From: Spirochaetia bacterium
GTDB lineage: Bacteria > Spirochaetota > Spirochaetia > SP-2023
Length of the DNA stretch: 64,000 bases
Assembly (NCBI GenBank): GCA_965225855.1
Contig: CBDDCK010000005.1
Coordinates: 224,001 to 288,000, forward strand
Direction: 5' to 3'
Notes under the pieces: generated by a model
Databases searched by the model: none
Seen by the model: only the letters and a program-made list of their open reading frames with translations
Told to the model about the DNA's origin: nothing
Program-made: the position numbers and the translations under genes
In this document: piece after piece, positions 1 through 10,295 of the stretch
Layout: each line of letters starts with the position of its first letter
How positions within the stretch are numbered: the stretch's first letter is position 1

Positions 1-1506
1 ATTTACCAGCTAGATTTAGGCATTATTCGAGGGTTGCGCTTTGTCAATGAAAAAGCATTGACTGAATTGCCAAAATCTACATTGATTTTGGAGCTTATTT
101 TATTGTGTGTTGCTTTTTTGTTGTTCATTCGATTCGGGGGTTTTGTTGCGAAATTTTCCCGCCATATATCATTGACTATTGGCTCGATTGGTTTGGTATT
201 GCTGGCCAATGTATGGCTACAAAATATTGACGAAATCAAAAAATCTTTTGCCCCGCAAGAGATTGTAGCGAGTGAACAACAAAATTCACTAGATAAAACG
301 ATAGCCAATTATTTTGCAGACAATTATGAAGTATTTAATTTTTCTAAAGAAAAGAATATTTTGGTTTTGATTTTTGATGCGTTTCCTGCCAATATGTTAG
401 AAGATATTTTCAAGCAAAACCCAGAAATAAAGAAAGGTTTAGATGGATTTGTTTGGTATAAAAATACCGTTTCTACTGGGAGTGCTACGATGAACAGTAT
501 TAATGCAATGACTGGAGGACCAGAATATATTATTTCTAAAATTAATAAGAAACCAAATCATGATCTTACAATTCAAGAGTTAACTACAAAGAATTGGGCA
601 AATTTATATAATGTTATTGGAATTTATGATTATGATCTTTCAGGAGCGATCCCTCATGCAGATACAAGTCTGTTTCAATCTTATTTAGAGCAACCATTTA
701 ATAAACTTATATTTCCAAATATTAATAATTTTTCTAATTCTTTTAATTATAAACTTTTATCTGGTCTTTCTCTGTTTAAGATGTCTTTTTTGTCTTTAAA
801 GAGAAAAATATATGACGGCGGCTCATGGATTAAACCCATTCGAGAAACAGTAGTTAATGATCGGTATGGACATTATAAAGAATATATAATGTTTAAAAAT
901 ATGATACAAAATTTATCTTATACTGGCTCAAAGCCAACTTTCAAATATTTTTGGACAGCTTTGACACATAGGCCATTCCATTTCAACAAAAATGGACAAT
1001 GGATTACATCGGAAGACCTAAAAAAAGGGTTTGACCAATATTCGGATATTGATAGAAAATTTACAATGGAATATGCTTTGCAAAAAGTTATAGAGATTGT
1101 TCAGGCATTTAAAGATAATGATATATACAACCAAACCAAAATTATTGTGGCTTCCGATCACGGTGGAGCAGAAAAAGATTGGAATGATTGGGCTTTGTAT
1201 TCTTTAATGATGGTCAAAGATTTTAATTCTACTGGGGCGTTGCAAATCTCGGATATACCGATTTCTAACGCCGATATTCCGGCAATGATTGGTACGGGCG
1301 TTGACCCAACTGGCAAGTTTAATACTGAAAATAATTTTGGCACCGATTACACCAAAGAGCCCGATATGGACAGAATATTAGAATATCATATTGTAACTGG
1401 AGAAGCAGATTACAAGCGAGATACAAAATACCCTGCCGGCAAGATAATTTCCATTCAGGGCGACCCTTATAATAGGGATAATTGGCAAGTGGCAGAATTT
1501 GAGTAA
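1..1506 (+). CDS. Membrane-anchored alkaline-phosphatase-superfamily (sulfatase/LTA-synthase-like) protein, 5' partial
   Basis: Frame is open from base 1. TM helices are followed by motifs ILVLIFDAFP, STGSATMNS, THRPF and IIVASDHG. Confidence 0.7.
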   Translation: MYQLDLGIIRGLRFVNEKALTELPKSTLILELILLCVAFLLFIRFGGFVAKFSRHISLTIGSIGLVLLANVWLQNIDEIKKSFAPQEIVASEQQNSLDKTIANYFADNYEVFNFSKEKNILVLIFDAFPANMLEDIFKQNPEIKKGLDGFVWYKNTVSTGSATMNSINAMTGGPEYIISKINKKPNHDLTIQELTTKNWANLYNVIGIYDYDLSGAIPHADTSLFQSYLEQPFNKLIFPNINNFSNSFNYKLLSGLSLFKMSFLSLKRKIYDGGSWIKPIRETVVNDRYGHYKEYIMFKNMIQNLSYTGSKPTFKYFWTALTHRPFHFNKNGQWITSEDLKKGFDQYSDIDRKFTMEYALQKVIEIVQAFKDNDIYNQTKIIVASDHGGAEKDWNDWALYSLMMVKDFNSTGALQISDIPISNADIPAMIGTGVDPTGKFNTENNFGTDYTKEPDMDRILEYHIVTGEADYKRDTKYPAGKIISIQGDPYNRDNWQVAEFE

Positions 1507-1645
1507 GTTTTTATGTCCATTTGCCAAAAAATGCCCTATATTATGGCAAGCATCGTATAATAGTTATGGTAACGCCTTGATAGATAACAAAATAAAATTG
1601 CTAAAAATAGCTAATGGGCATAAGTAACAATACAATGATTCTAAA

Positions 1646-1773
1646 CTACTTAATAGCTTGGGCTCAATGCTATTATATAGTTTTGCTCCAAGCTATTCAT
1701 AGGTGCGAGGCCATTCTATTATATAGTTTGGTTCAATCCTATTAAGTAGTTTGGCCAAAGTTTCTATGGATAC
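1646..1773. repeat. Degenerate 23-25-bp tandem array of CTAT-N2/3-ATAG palindromes (family A)
   Basis: Core starts at 1646, 1670, 1693, 1716, 1739 and 1764. Shares ATAGGTGCGAGG with the array at 20124-20275. Confidence 0.7.
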
Positions 1774-1917
1774 CAGAATATCTTAATAGGTTATGGCAGT
1801 GGGCTTGGAATAGCTAAGTATAGCTTTGCAAATTTTTATTATTTGCCCTTATAGCAAACTAAGATTATGTATATCCATATGAAAAGAAATTCTCTATATA
1901 CTTGCAATTCCTAAACA

Positions 1918-3234
1918 ATGGGTATGGCAATGGGTAAAACGGTTTATGTCGGTATGGCTGCAGATTTGATTCACGAAGGCCATATGAATATTTTAAAGAC
2001 AGCTTCAACTTATGGTGATGTGGTTGTAGGGATTTTAACGGATAGAGCGATTGCTTCTTACAAAAGGTTGCCGTTTATGACCTATGAACAAAGAGTTGCT
2101 GTTATTGGAAATATTAAAGGGGTGGTAAAAGTAATTCCACAAAATACTTTGGATTATGTACCCAACTTAGAAAAAATAAGGCCAGACTTTGTTGTGCACG
2201 GAGATGATTGGAAACATGGGGTACAATCCAAAGTAAGGCAAGCTGTGATTGACACTTTGACAAAATGGGGCGGAAAGTTAATAGAGCCTACATATACCGC
2301 AAATATATCTTCTACACAATTAAATAAAGCAGTTCATGAAGTGGGCACAACTTCTACCATCAGAGCAGGTTTGCTCCGCCGTTTAATTGATGCAAAGGAC
2401 ATTGTTCGTATTTTGGAAGTTCATTCGCCATTGGCGGGTTTAATTGTGGAAAAAACAGAAATCAATATCGATCATAAAATAAATAGCTTTGATGGAATGT
2501 GGTCTTCATCTTTAACCGATTCAACAATTCGTGGTAAACCCGATACCGAGCTAGTAAGCCTAAATTCCAGAGTTGAAAGCATTAATGATATATTTGAAGT
2601 AACTACAAAGCCCATGATATACGACGGTGATAGTGGCGGTAAATTAGAACATTTTCCATTTGTCGTAAGGACACTCGAGAGAGTAGGCGTTTCAGCGATT
2701 ATCATTGAAGATAAGGTGAATAATCGGGATAACTTTTTATCTGGCGCCAAAAACTATGGGCAAAAACAAGGTTGTGTTGAAAATTTTTGTGAAAAAATTG
2801 AGAGAGGTAAAAAAGCACAAATAAACAATCATTTTATGATAATCGCTCGGGTGGAAAGCCTTTGTTGTGAACAGATCGATGATGTTTTAACCAGAGCCTT
2901 TGCTTATGTGAGAGCTGGTGCAGATGGAATCATGATACATTCTTCTTGCAAAGAACCTGATGAAGTATTGGAGTTTATCCAGAAATTTCGTATGAAAGAC
3001 AAATTGACACCTATTGCTGTCACACTATCTAATTATAATTCTTTTACAGAAAAAGAACTATCCAGTATCGGGGCCAATGTGGTAATCTACGCTGACCATA
3101 TGTTGAGAGCTTCTTTTCCGGCAATGCAAGGTGTAGCAGTTTGTATATTACAAAATGGCCGTTCTAAAGAGGCTGACGATATATGTGCATCGATTAAAGA
3201 AATTCTTACTTTGATTCCAGGAGATATAGTATAA
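1918..3234 (+). CDS. aepX: Cytidylyltransferase-phosphoenolpyruvate mutase fusion (degenerate Ppm motif)
   Basis: N-terminal HEGH and ISST NTP-transferase motifs. C-terminal ICL/PEPM fold ([35 protein letters not shown]). Confidence 0.85.
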   Translation: MGMAMGKTVYVGMAADLIHEGHMNILKTASTYGDVVVGILTDRAIASYKRLPFMTYEQRVAVIGNIKGVVKVIPQNTLDYVPNLEKIRPDFVVHGDDWKHGVQSKVRQAVIDTLTKWGGKLIEPTYTANISSTQLNKAVHEVGTTSTIRAGLLRRLIDAKDIVRILEVHSPLAGLIVEKTEINIDHKINSFDGMWSSSLTDSTIRGKPDTELVSLNSRVESINDIFEVTTKPMIYDGDSGGKLEHFPFVVRTLERVGVSAIIIEDKVNNRDNFLSGAKNYGQKQGCVENFCEKIERGKKAQINNHFMIIARVESLCCEQIDDVLTRAFAYVRAGADGIMIHSSCKEPDEVLEFIQKFRMKDKLTPIAVTLSNYNSFTEKELSSIGANVVIYADHMLRASFPAMQGVAVCILQNGRSKEADDICASIKEILTLIPGDIV

Positions 3235-4365
3235 ATGGCACAAGTATTATTGCGTGGTGATTTTTATTGTAATTTTCAATCAGTTTGGAACGATCGGGGT
3301 TATAACCGTGTTCTTTGCGTTACCAGTAAAAATGTATTGGAGTTATCTGGTGCTAAGACATTTCTTGATAAGCTTTTAATAGATTATCAAGTTTATCATA
3401 ATTTTTCTCCAAACCCTAAGAGTGAAGATATTTATCCGGGTATCAATGTATTGAAAAGTTTTAATCCTAATATAGTTTTAGCTATTGGTGGTGGCAGTGC
3501 TATGGATATGGCAAAGTTAATAGTTGCCTTTGCCGACCAATATTCAACTAAAAATACCAAGAGTTTTGAATCTTATCTTCAGGGAGCTAAGATTCATAGC
3601 CTATCTAAGCTCCCCTTTAAACCACTTTGGGTAGCACCAACTACCTCTGGGTCAGGAGCCGAAGCAACTCATTTTGCGGTTGTGTATCATAACAATAAAA
3701 AATATTCCCTTGCTAGTGATATTTTGTTACCAAGTAAAATCTTTTTAGATTACACTTTCACGAAATCTGTTCCAAAAAACATTTTTATATCAGCAGCTAT
3801 AGATGCTCTATGCCAAGCAATAGAGTCTTATTGGGCTTTGGAAGCAACAGAACAAAGTAGACAAGACGCCGTTAAAGCTATGGAGCTTATAATATATCAT
3901 TTCGATAATGCTGTTTTGGGTGAAGATAATGCTTTGGAACAGTTGCAATATGGTGCTTACTTAGCAGGCAAAGCCATTAATATATCTAAAACTACTGCAG
4001 GGCATGCCTTTTCTTATTATTTAACCCAAAAATATAATGTTCTTCATGGGAATGCAGTGGCTATATGTTTGAGCTATGTAGTTGAATATAGTCTTAAATA
4101 TGGCAATAATAATGTTATATCTAAGCTACAAAAGATTGCCGACATATTAAAATTGCAGTTTTGCGATATACCTAACTTTTTAATATATTTATTAAAAAAA
4201 CACCAATTAATGGATAGTTTAGAATCCATTGGTATTATAACAGAACAAGACGTATCTTTATGGTTAAAAAGTGTCAATGTTGAAAGATTAAATAATAATC
4301 CGTTCAAAATTGATATAAACCAATTACAAGTAATAGTTAAAAATAAGAAAAATAAATCTAAATAA
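3235..4365 (+). CDS. Iron-containing alcohol dehydrogenase, phosphonoacetaldehyde reductase-like
   Basis: GGGSAMD, PTTSGSGAEAT, DALCQAIES, GHAFSY and HGNAV motifs. Abuts the ppm fusion. Confidence 0.8.
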   Translation: MAQVLLRGDFYCNFQSVWNDRGYNRVLCVTSKNVLELSGAKTFLDKLLIDYQVYHNFSPNPKSEDIYPGINVLKSFNPNIVLAIGGGSAMDMAKLIVAFADQYSTKNTKSFESYLQGAKIHSLSKLPFKPLWVAPTTSGSGAEATHFAVVYHNNKKYSLASDILLPSKIFLDYTFTKSVPKNIFISAAIDALCQAIESYWALEATEQSRQDAVKAMELIIYHFDNAVLGEDNALEQLQYGAYLAGKAINISKTTAGHAFSYYLTQKYNVLHGNAVAICLSYVVEYSLKYGNNNVISKLQKIADILKLQFCDIPNFLIYLLKKHQLMDSLESIGIITEQDVSLWLKSVNVERLNNNPFKIDINQLQVIVKNKKNKSK

Positions 4366-4479
4366 ACACGCTTAAATTTGTGGTTTGTTAAGCTTAGTTT
4401 TTCATCAGAAATCATATCTTTTATCTTGTTTTTTATATAAAATTTGTATTGTGCACTCTCTTAATTTGATTATTTAGAT

Positions 4480-4519
4480 TTTTTATAAAATTTAGGGATT
4501 TTTCTAAATTTTATAAAAA
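4480..4519. promoter_or_regulatory. 16-bp perfect inverted repeat directly 5' of the pstS Shine-Dalgarno
   Basis: TTTTTATAAAATTTAG-8 nt-CTAAATTTTATAAAAA, overlapping AGGAG. Confidence 0.5.
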
Positions 4520-4529
4520 GGAGATTTTT

Positions 4530-5522
4530 ATGAACACGATGCGAAATGCATTAATTATTTCTAGTATGCTGCTAAGTCTATTTAGTTGTCATAAAAAAGA
4601 TAAGATAAAAACACAAGGTAATGCACAAAAAAATGATTGGGCAATTAAAAGAGAAGGGCAAATTCCTGAAGTCTATGTAAGTAAAGTGCAAGGAGATTTA
4701 ATTATTGCAGGGAGCTCGACCGTATTTCCTCTGGTTGAAAAGCTTGCTGATACGTTCCGTGAAGATGGATATGTCGGTAATATCAAGGTAGATAGCATTG
4801 GTAGTGGTGCAGGATTTGAACGCTGGACAAAAGGAGAAACAGATATTTCCAATGCAAGTCGTCCGATCAAACAAAAAGAAGCGAAAGCAGCACAAAAAAT
4901 AGGGCGAAATCCACTTGAGTTTTTGATAGGAATTGATGCCTTAGTCGTTGTCGTAAACCCTGAAAACGATTGGGTTGATAATGTAAGCGTAGAAATGTTA
5001 GCAAAAATTTTTAGTGTTGATAAATGGAATGATGTTGACTCTAGCTGGCCTGATATGCCTATAGAGAAATTCTCGCCCGGAACCGATAGCGGTACATTTG
5101 ATTATTTTGTAGAAGAAATATTTGATAAAAATAAAAAGCCTTTGCTTTCTGCAAATTCACTCCAACTTTCTGAAGATGATAATATTCTTTCACGAGGAAT
5201 ACAAAATTCTAAATACGGTATCGGTTATTTTGGCTATGCATATTATGATGAAGCGAAAAATGCACTGAAAGCCGTTGGTATTGCAGGGAATTTGCCTTCA
5301 GAGCAAAATATTTATAGTAATACATATTTATTAGCTAGACCATTGTATATGTATACGTCAGAATCAATTATGCAGCAAAAACCACAAGTTGCAGCATTTT
5401 TAGCATATACGCTAAACAATGTTGAATCGATTATATCTGAAGTGGGTTATTTCCCCGCAAAGCAGATTGATTATGCTGCTAGTATGGCCCTATGGTTAAA
5501 AGCGATGGAAGGCCAATATTGA
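4530..5522 (+). CDS. pstS: Phosphate ABC transporter substrate-binding lipoprotein
   Basis: Lipobox LFSC; AGSSTVFP, GSGAG and DSGTFDYF motifs; operon context. Confidence 0.92.
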   Translation: MNTMRNALIISSMLLSLFSCHKKDKIKTQGNAQKNDWAIKREGQIPEVYVSKVQGDLIIAGSSTVFPLVEKLADTFREDGYVGNIKVDSIGSGAGFERWTKGETDISNASRPIKQKEAKAAQKIGRNPLEFLIGIDALVVVVNPENDWVDNVSVEMLAKIFSVDKWNDVDSSWPDMPIEKFSPGTDSGTFDYFVEEIFDKNKKPLLSANSLQLSEDDNILSRGIQNSKYGIGYFGYAYYDEAKNALKAVGIAGNLPSEQNIYSNTYLLARPLYMYTSESIMQQKPQVAAFLAYTLNNVESIISEVGYFPAKQIDYAASMALWLKAMEGQY

Positions 5523-5563
5523 GAAAATATGTGGAAATAAAAAATGGCCTCTCATAGTTTACA

Positions 5564-6469
5564 ATGAAAAATAAGTATTGTCATTCTACCAAAATCCACG
5601 AACGGGTGATTGAAGGTATTCTTAGTATTTGCGGCATAATATCCATTACAATCACTATCGTTATAGTGCTCTTTTTAGGGAAAGATGCATTGCTATTTTT
5701 TCAAGACCCAGAAGTTTCAGTTTGGGAATTTTTTACCTCATTGTCGTGGCAGCCAGCGTTGGGGGAATTGGGAATTCTTCCCTTATTGAATGCAACGTTA
5801 CTTACAAGCTTCATTGCATTATTATTTGCTGCTCCAATTGGCATTTTTACCGCGATATATTTAAGTGAATTTGCCAGTAAAAAAACAAGAAGTATTTTAA
5901 AGCCAATATTAGAAATGATTGCCGGTATTCCTTCTGTAGTATATGGTTTTTTTGCTGTGATATTTGTTACACCATTGCTTCGCACGATTATTGGTAGTGA
6001 TATAGTAAACATTTATAATAATCTTTCTGCAGGCCTCATGATGGGGGTATTGATTCTTCCCATTATTACTTCCATGGCCGAAGATGCTCTTTATTCTATT
6101 CCTAATACATTGAGAAATGGTGCTTACTCTTTAGGGGCAACGAAGTTTCAAACAGCAACCCAAATTGTGTTTCCTGCCGCATTTTCTGGAGTATCGGCCA
6201 GTGTTATCGTTAGTTTTTCACGAGCTATAGGAGAGACAACCATAGCGGCTTTAGCTGCAGGCGCAGGCGCAAATTTCACATTTAATCCTTTTGAATCTGC
6301 CGAAACTATGACTGGATATATTCTGCGCATTAGTGGTGGTGATATAAGTTATAACACAATAGATTATACCAGTATTTTTGCCATAGGTATCACATTATTT
6401 TTTATTACCCTTACTCTAAATATGCTAGGGCAATATATTAGCTCTAAATATAGAGAGGTATATGAATAA
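5564..6469 (+). CDS. pstC: Phosphate ABC permease
   Basis: AIYLSEFA, AGIPSVVYGFF and SRAIGET motifs. Confidence 0.92.
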   Translation: MKNKYCHSTKIHERVIEGILSICGIISITITIVIVLFLGKDALLFFQDPEVSVWEFFTSLSWQPALGELGILPLLNATLLTSFIALLFAAPIGIFTAIYLSEFASKKTRSILKPILEMIAGIPSVVYGFFAVIFVTPLLRTIIGSDIVNIYNNLSAGLMMGVLILPIITSMAEDALYSIPNTLRNGAYSLGATKFQTATQIVFPAAFSGVSASVIVSFSRAIGETTIAALAAGAGANFTFNPFESAETMTGYILRISGGDISYNTIDYTSIFAIGITLFFITLTLNMLGQYISSKYREVYE

Positions 6470-7638
6470 TGCAATATGTAAAATCTTTAAAAGCAGTAAA
6501 AGAAAAAATACAAATACTTTGTTTATTGCTATCATCATTGTTTTCTATACTGATACTTGTTGTTTTACTATTACAAATACTGAACAATAATTTAGGATAT
6601 GTAATGTATGAATATACTATAGGAGAAAAAGATTTATTTAATACATCGTTAGAAAAAGTAAATAAAAAAGAAATCATTACTTTGTTACAAAATAAATTGC
6701 GCCCAGCTTTAAGACGCAATTTGACAAAAAATATTCCGCTAGAATCACAGAATATAGGTACTTTACAAACATACCTCCGCAAGTATATTATGAAAGAAAA
6801 AATTACTAAATCTTGGTCATTGTATGAATCTCTTACAAAAAAAGATGAAATTTTTGCAAAAGCCAATAATTCAAAAAATAGGATAAAATTTTATTATTGG
6901 CTAAACTCAACTTTTATTTTTTCAAGACAAAGTTCTGAAGCCGGAAGAACAGGAATACGAACAGCAATTTTAGGCACGTTATGGATTATCGCTATTGCAG
7001 CATTGTCCTCGATTCCATTTGGCATTGCCACAGCAATATACCTTGAGGAATATGCTAAAAAAAATATCCTTACAAATATTATTACTGCCAATATTTATAA
7101 TCTTGCAGGCATTCCTTCTATTATATATGGCCTGCTGGGGTTAGCTTTGTTTGTTCGTATTTTGGAGCCTATTACTCAAGGCAGAACCTTGTTTTCTGCA
7201 GGGCTTACTTTAGGGCTTATGTGCTTGCCGATGGTTATCATCAATTCTCAAGAAGCTATCAAAGCAGTCCCTAATACTTTGCGTTATTCTAGTTATGCCC
7301 TTGGAGCAACTAAATGGCAAACCATTATCCACCATATATTGCCTTATTCGTTGGAACGCATTATTACTGGTATTATACTTGCTCTTTCCAGAGTAGTGGG
7401 AGAAACAGCCCCCCTTGTGGTAGTGGGAGCAGCAACATTTATCAGTGTAGACCCAAGTAATATTTTTGCAAGTTTTACCGCATTGCCCATCCAAATCTAT
7501 CAATGGGCATCGCGTCCGCAACATATTTATTACAATACAAGTTCAGCAGCAATTCTTGTATTACTTATTCTTATTTTTGCGATCAGTGTTATCCCTATTA
7601 CTATTAGAAATAATCTTTATAAAAAAGAGAAAATATAA
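6469..7638 (+). CDS. pstA: Phosphate ABC permease
   Basis: [19 protein letters not shown] and RVVGETAPL motifs. Confidence 0.92.
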   Translation: MQYVKSLKAVKEKIQILCLLLSSLFSILILVVLLLQILNNNLGYVMYEYTIGEKDLFNTSLEKVNKKEIITLLQNKLRPALRRNLTKNIPLESQNIGTLQTYLRKYIMKEKITKSWSLYESLTKKDEIFAKANNSKNRIKFYYWLNSTFIFSRQSSEAGRTGIRTAILGTLWIIAIAALSSIPFGIATAIYLEEYAKKNILTNIITANIYNLAGIPSIIYGLLGLALFVRILEPITQGRTLFSAGLTLGLMCLPMVIINSQEAIKAVPNTLRYSSYALGATKWQTIIHHILPYSLERIITGIILALSRVVGETAPLVVVGAATFISVDPSNIFASFTALPIQIYQWASRPQHIYYNTSSAAILVLLILIFAISVIPITIRNNLYKKEKI

Positions 7639-7649
7639 AGAAGGTATTC

Positions 7650-8450
7650 ATGCAAGAAGCGAATCATACATCAACAAGCGTTTCTTTTTTACAAGCAAGG
7701 GAACTAAATTTTTATTATAATTATGACAAAAATAAAGCTGCAAAACGAATCCATGCACTGAAAAATATTTCTCTGGAAATAGAATCGAATACAATTTGTG
7801 CTTTAATAGGGCCTTCTGGTTGTGGCAAAAGCACATTTCTTCGTTGTATAAATCGCATGAATGAGCTAATCCCCAATACGAAAGTAGAAGGTGAAATATT
7901 GATTAAAGGGAAAAATATTTTTGATTCTGAAGTAGACCCTGTGGAAGTTCGCAAAGATATTGGTATGGTATTTCAAAAGCCGAATCCCTTCCCCAAAAGT
8001 ATTTATGAAAATATAGCTTGGGGGGCTAGAATCAATGGTATAAAGAAAAATCTTGACGAGCTTGTGGAGAAAAATCTTACTAATGCAGGGCTGTGGGAAG
8101 AAGTAAAAGATAAATTAAAATCCAGTGCATTGTCACTGTCGGGAGGGCAACAACAGCGGCTTTGCATTGCCCGCACGTTAGCGATAAACCCGAAAATTAT
8201 TTTGATGGACGAACCAACATCTGCACTCGATCCGATTTCTACTTCCGTGATTGAAAACTTAATTATTGAATTAAGTAAGTCATATACTATTGTGATTGTT
8301 ACCCATAATATGCAGCAAGCAGGAAGAATATCAGACAAAACGGCCTTTTTCTTAGATGGCACAATGATAGAATTTGATAAAACCGCAGATATGTTTGTAA
8401 AGCCGAAATATCAAAAGACAGAAGAATATATCACAGGTAAATTTGGATAG
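7650..8450 (+). CDS. pstB: Phosphate ABC ATPase
   Basis: [28 protein letters not shown] and C-terminal YITGKFG. Confidence 0.95.
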   Translation: MQEANHTSTSVSFLQARELNFYYNYDKNKAAKRIHALKNISLEIESNTICALIGPSGCGKSTFLRCINRMNELIPNTKVEGEILIKGKNIFDSEVDPVEVRKDIGMVFQKPNPFPKSIYENIAWGARINGIKKNLDELVEKNLTNAGLWEEVKDKLKSSALSLSGGQQQRLCIARTLAINPKIILMDEPTSALDPISTSVIENLIIELSKSYTIVIVTHNMQQAGRISDKTAFFLDGTMIEFDKTADMFVKPKYQKTEEYITGKFG

Positions 8451-8478
8451 AATTTAGCTACAGCATAAGGAGAATTTT

Positions 8479-9138
8479 ATGACATTAGTAAGGGAGCATT
8501 TTAATCAAGCTCAAAATGAAATAGAAAAACGTATGGTTTGTTTTTCTTCGGTGATTTCGGATACATTACACAAAGCATTTGATGTAGTTTTAGCCTTAAA
8601 CATACCTAAAGCACACAAAGTTATTGAACAAGATAAAAAGATTGATGAAGAGCAACACAGCATTGAGGAAGCATGCATAAAAATCATTGCTACAGAGCAG
8701 CCCGTTGCTTCGGATTTGCGTGGTGTAGTTGTCTACATAAAAGAGCTTTCTTTGTACGAAAAAATTGGCGACTATGCCAAAAGCATGTGTAAAAATATAG
8801 AAAGAGTGCCAAAAGAATTGATAGAAGAATATTCTTTTCATATCAAGGCTCAACGCAAAGTGATTTTTGAAATGCTTGAAAGTACAATAAAAGCTTCCAG
8901 CAACAGAGACGCAAATTTGGCTAGGGAAACTGCTAAAAAAGATAATGAACTAGATAAAAATTACAGGACAGCCCAAAGAGAACTCCTAAAAAAACTGGAT
9001 AATCATGATATTCATCACGAAAGTATTGTGTCATTTATCACGATTATTAAATGTTTTGAACGAATTGGCGATATGATCAGCATTATTAATGAATTAATTA
9101 TCTATGCAGTCGATGGCATACATGAAGACCTTAACTAA
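8479..9138 (+). CDS. phoU: Phosphate signalling protein PhoU
   Basis: QPVASDLR and ERIGD motifs; follows pstB. Confidence 0.9.
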   Translation: MTLVREHFNQAQNEIEKRMVCFSSVISDTLHKAFDVVLALNIPKAHKVIEQDKKIDEEQHSIEEACIKIIATEQPVASDLRGVVVYIKELSLYEKIGDYAKSMCKNIERVPKELIEEYSFHIKAQRKVIFEMLESTIKASSNRDANLARETAKKDNELDKNYRTAQRELLKKLDNHDIHHESIVSFITIIKCFERIGDMISIINELIIYAVDGIHEDLN

Positions 9139-9206
9139 CAGATGATTAGGAACAGCAATTTTAACAAAATTGGCTCTAAGTTCTTTTGTATTTGTTCTTC
9201 TATAAT

Positions 9207-9303
9207 TCCATAGCTATGGATTGTACAAGTCGATAACTATGGATTAGATCGGCCCATAGTTATCGACTAGGTTGTTTCTCAATATTGAATACAGGGCAAC
9301 CCA
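9207..9303. repeat. REP-like palindromic element (possible bidirectional terminator); right half recurs at 17407-17456
   Basis: CCATAGCTATGG palindrome plus a 15-bp perfect IR, AGTCGATAACTATGG (9228-9242) / CCATAGTTATCGACT (9254-9268). Confidence 0.7.
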
Positions 9304-9366
9304 GTAATTAGCCAATCGTTAGTAAAATAATAGTTGACCCCCAAAAAAGGCAAACAAGGCTTGGGC

Positions 9367-9936
9367 TTACATCAATTTAAGCAAGCCCAAGATACCGATA
9401 ACTAGGCCAATGCCTGTTCCTATAAACCATTGCAACATCAAAAACCTTTTATCCACTTGTTCAAAGCGTTTGTCCATGTTTTGTTGCATAGCTTCAAAGC
9501 GTTTGTCCATGTTTTGTTGCATAGCTTCAAAGCGTTTATCGATGCTTTGCTGCATAGCTTCAAAGCGCTTGTCGATACTTTGCTGCATAGCCTCAAAGCG
9601 TTTATCGACTTGTTCAAAGCGCTTGTCGACTTGCTCAAAACGCTTGTCGACTTGTTCAAAGCGCTTGTCCATTTGCTGCATAAAGGTTTTAAGCACTTCT
9701 TGGTTTTGTTGCAGCAGCTCCCTTTGGTGCTTAAGCTCTTCTTCCACACGCACCATGCGTTCTAGTAGTTCGGGCCCATAATTGGGATTTTCGGCTCTAG
9801 CGGGTGCTGGCAATGGTTGCTGCGCCAATTGGTCTTGTAGTTGGCGCTGCACTTCCTTAGCTAAATTTTCTTTTAGTAGGTTTTCGATTAGGTCTTGTAT
9901 CAAGGCTTGGTCATGGTGTTCGGCTAAATTATTCAT
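9367..9936 (-). CDS. Coiled-coil DKRF-repeat protein with C-terminal membrane anchor (Bdr/DUF1640-like architecture)
   Basis: DKRFEQV heptads and DKRFEAMQQ(SI/NM) 11-mers; hydrophobic C-terminus. Confidence 0.75.
   Translation of the reverse strand: MNNLAEHHDQALIQDLIENLLKENLAKEVQRQLQDQLAQQPLPAPARAENPNYGPELLERMVRVEEELKHQRELLQQNQEVLKTFMQQMDKRFEQVDKRFEQVDKRFEQVDKRFEAMQQSIDKRFEAMQQSIDKRFEAMQQNMDKRFEAMQQNMDKRFEQVDKRFLMLQWFIGTGIGLVIGILGLLKLM
9450..9671. repeat. Intragenic tandem repeats, 33-bp x4 and 21-bp x3-4
   Basis: Repeated CAAAGCG(T/C)TT core at 33- and 21-nt spacing. Confidence 0.9.
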
Positions 9937-10091
9937 TAGCCCAATATAGCCTAAAGTGTAAACAAAGTCAAGGCTTAGCCGAAACTTTTGCTAAAAAAGT
10001 CAACGCAATGGTTTGGTTGTACCAAGCACCACAAACAAGGGCAAATAAAGTAGTATGTTGTAAAAACTAGATTCCGATAACAGGAATTATT

Positions 10092-10164
10092 CCACTACCA
10101 AGCGGGTAGTATTAACAAACCAAGCTAGTCGCAACCCACTACCAAGCGGGTAGTGAGTTGCGAC
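10092..10164. repeat. Duplicated CCACTACCAAGCGGGTAGT; the second copy lies in a 16-bp stem
   Basis: GTCGCAACCCACTACC-aagcg-GGTAGTGAGTTGCGAC (10128-10164). A related hairpin occurs at ~17450-17478. Confidence 0.7.
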
Positions 10165-10179
10165 CATATTTATCCCACC

Positions 10180-10225
10180 AAAAAGGCAAGCAAAGCTTGG
10201 TCTAAAGACCAAACCTTGCTTGCCC
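10180..10225 (-). terminator. Intrinsic terminator of lipoprotein copy 1
   Basis: Minus strand reads GGCAAGCAAGGTTTGGTC-ttta-GACCAAGCTTTGCTTGCC-TTTTT. Confidence 0.7.
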
Positions 10226-10295
10226 ACTAAGCATATGTTCTAAAAGCGAACAATAGGCCAACTAAGCCTTGCTTACAGCAACAACCAAACCCTAC

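Noticed and set aside
9410..9781. Alternative-frame and antisense ORFs over the DKRF gene
   Set aside because: By-products of stop-free tandem repeats.
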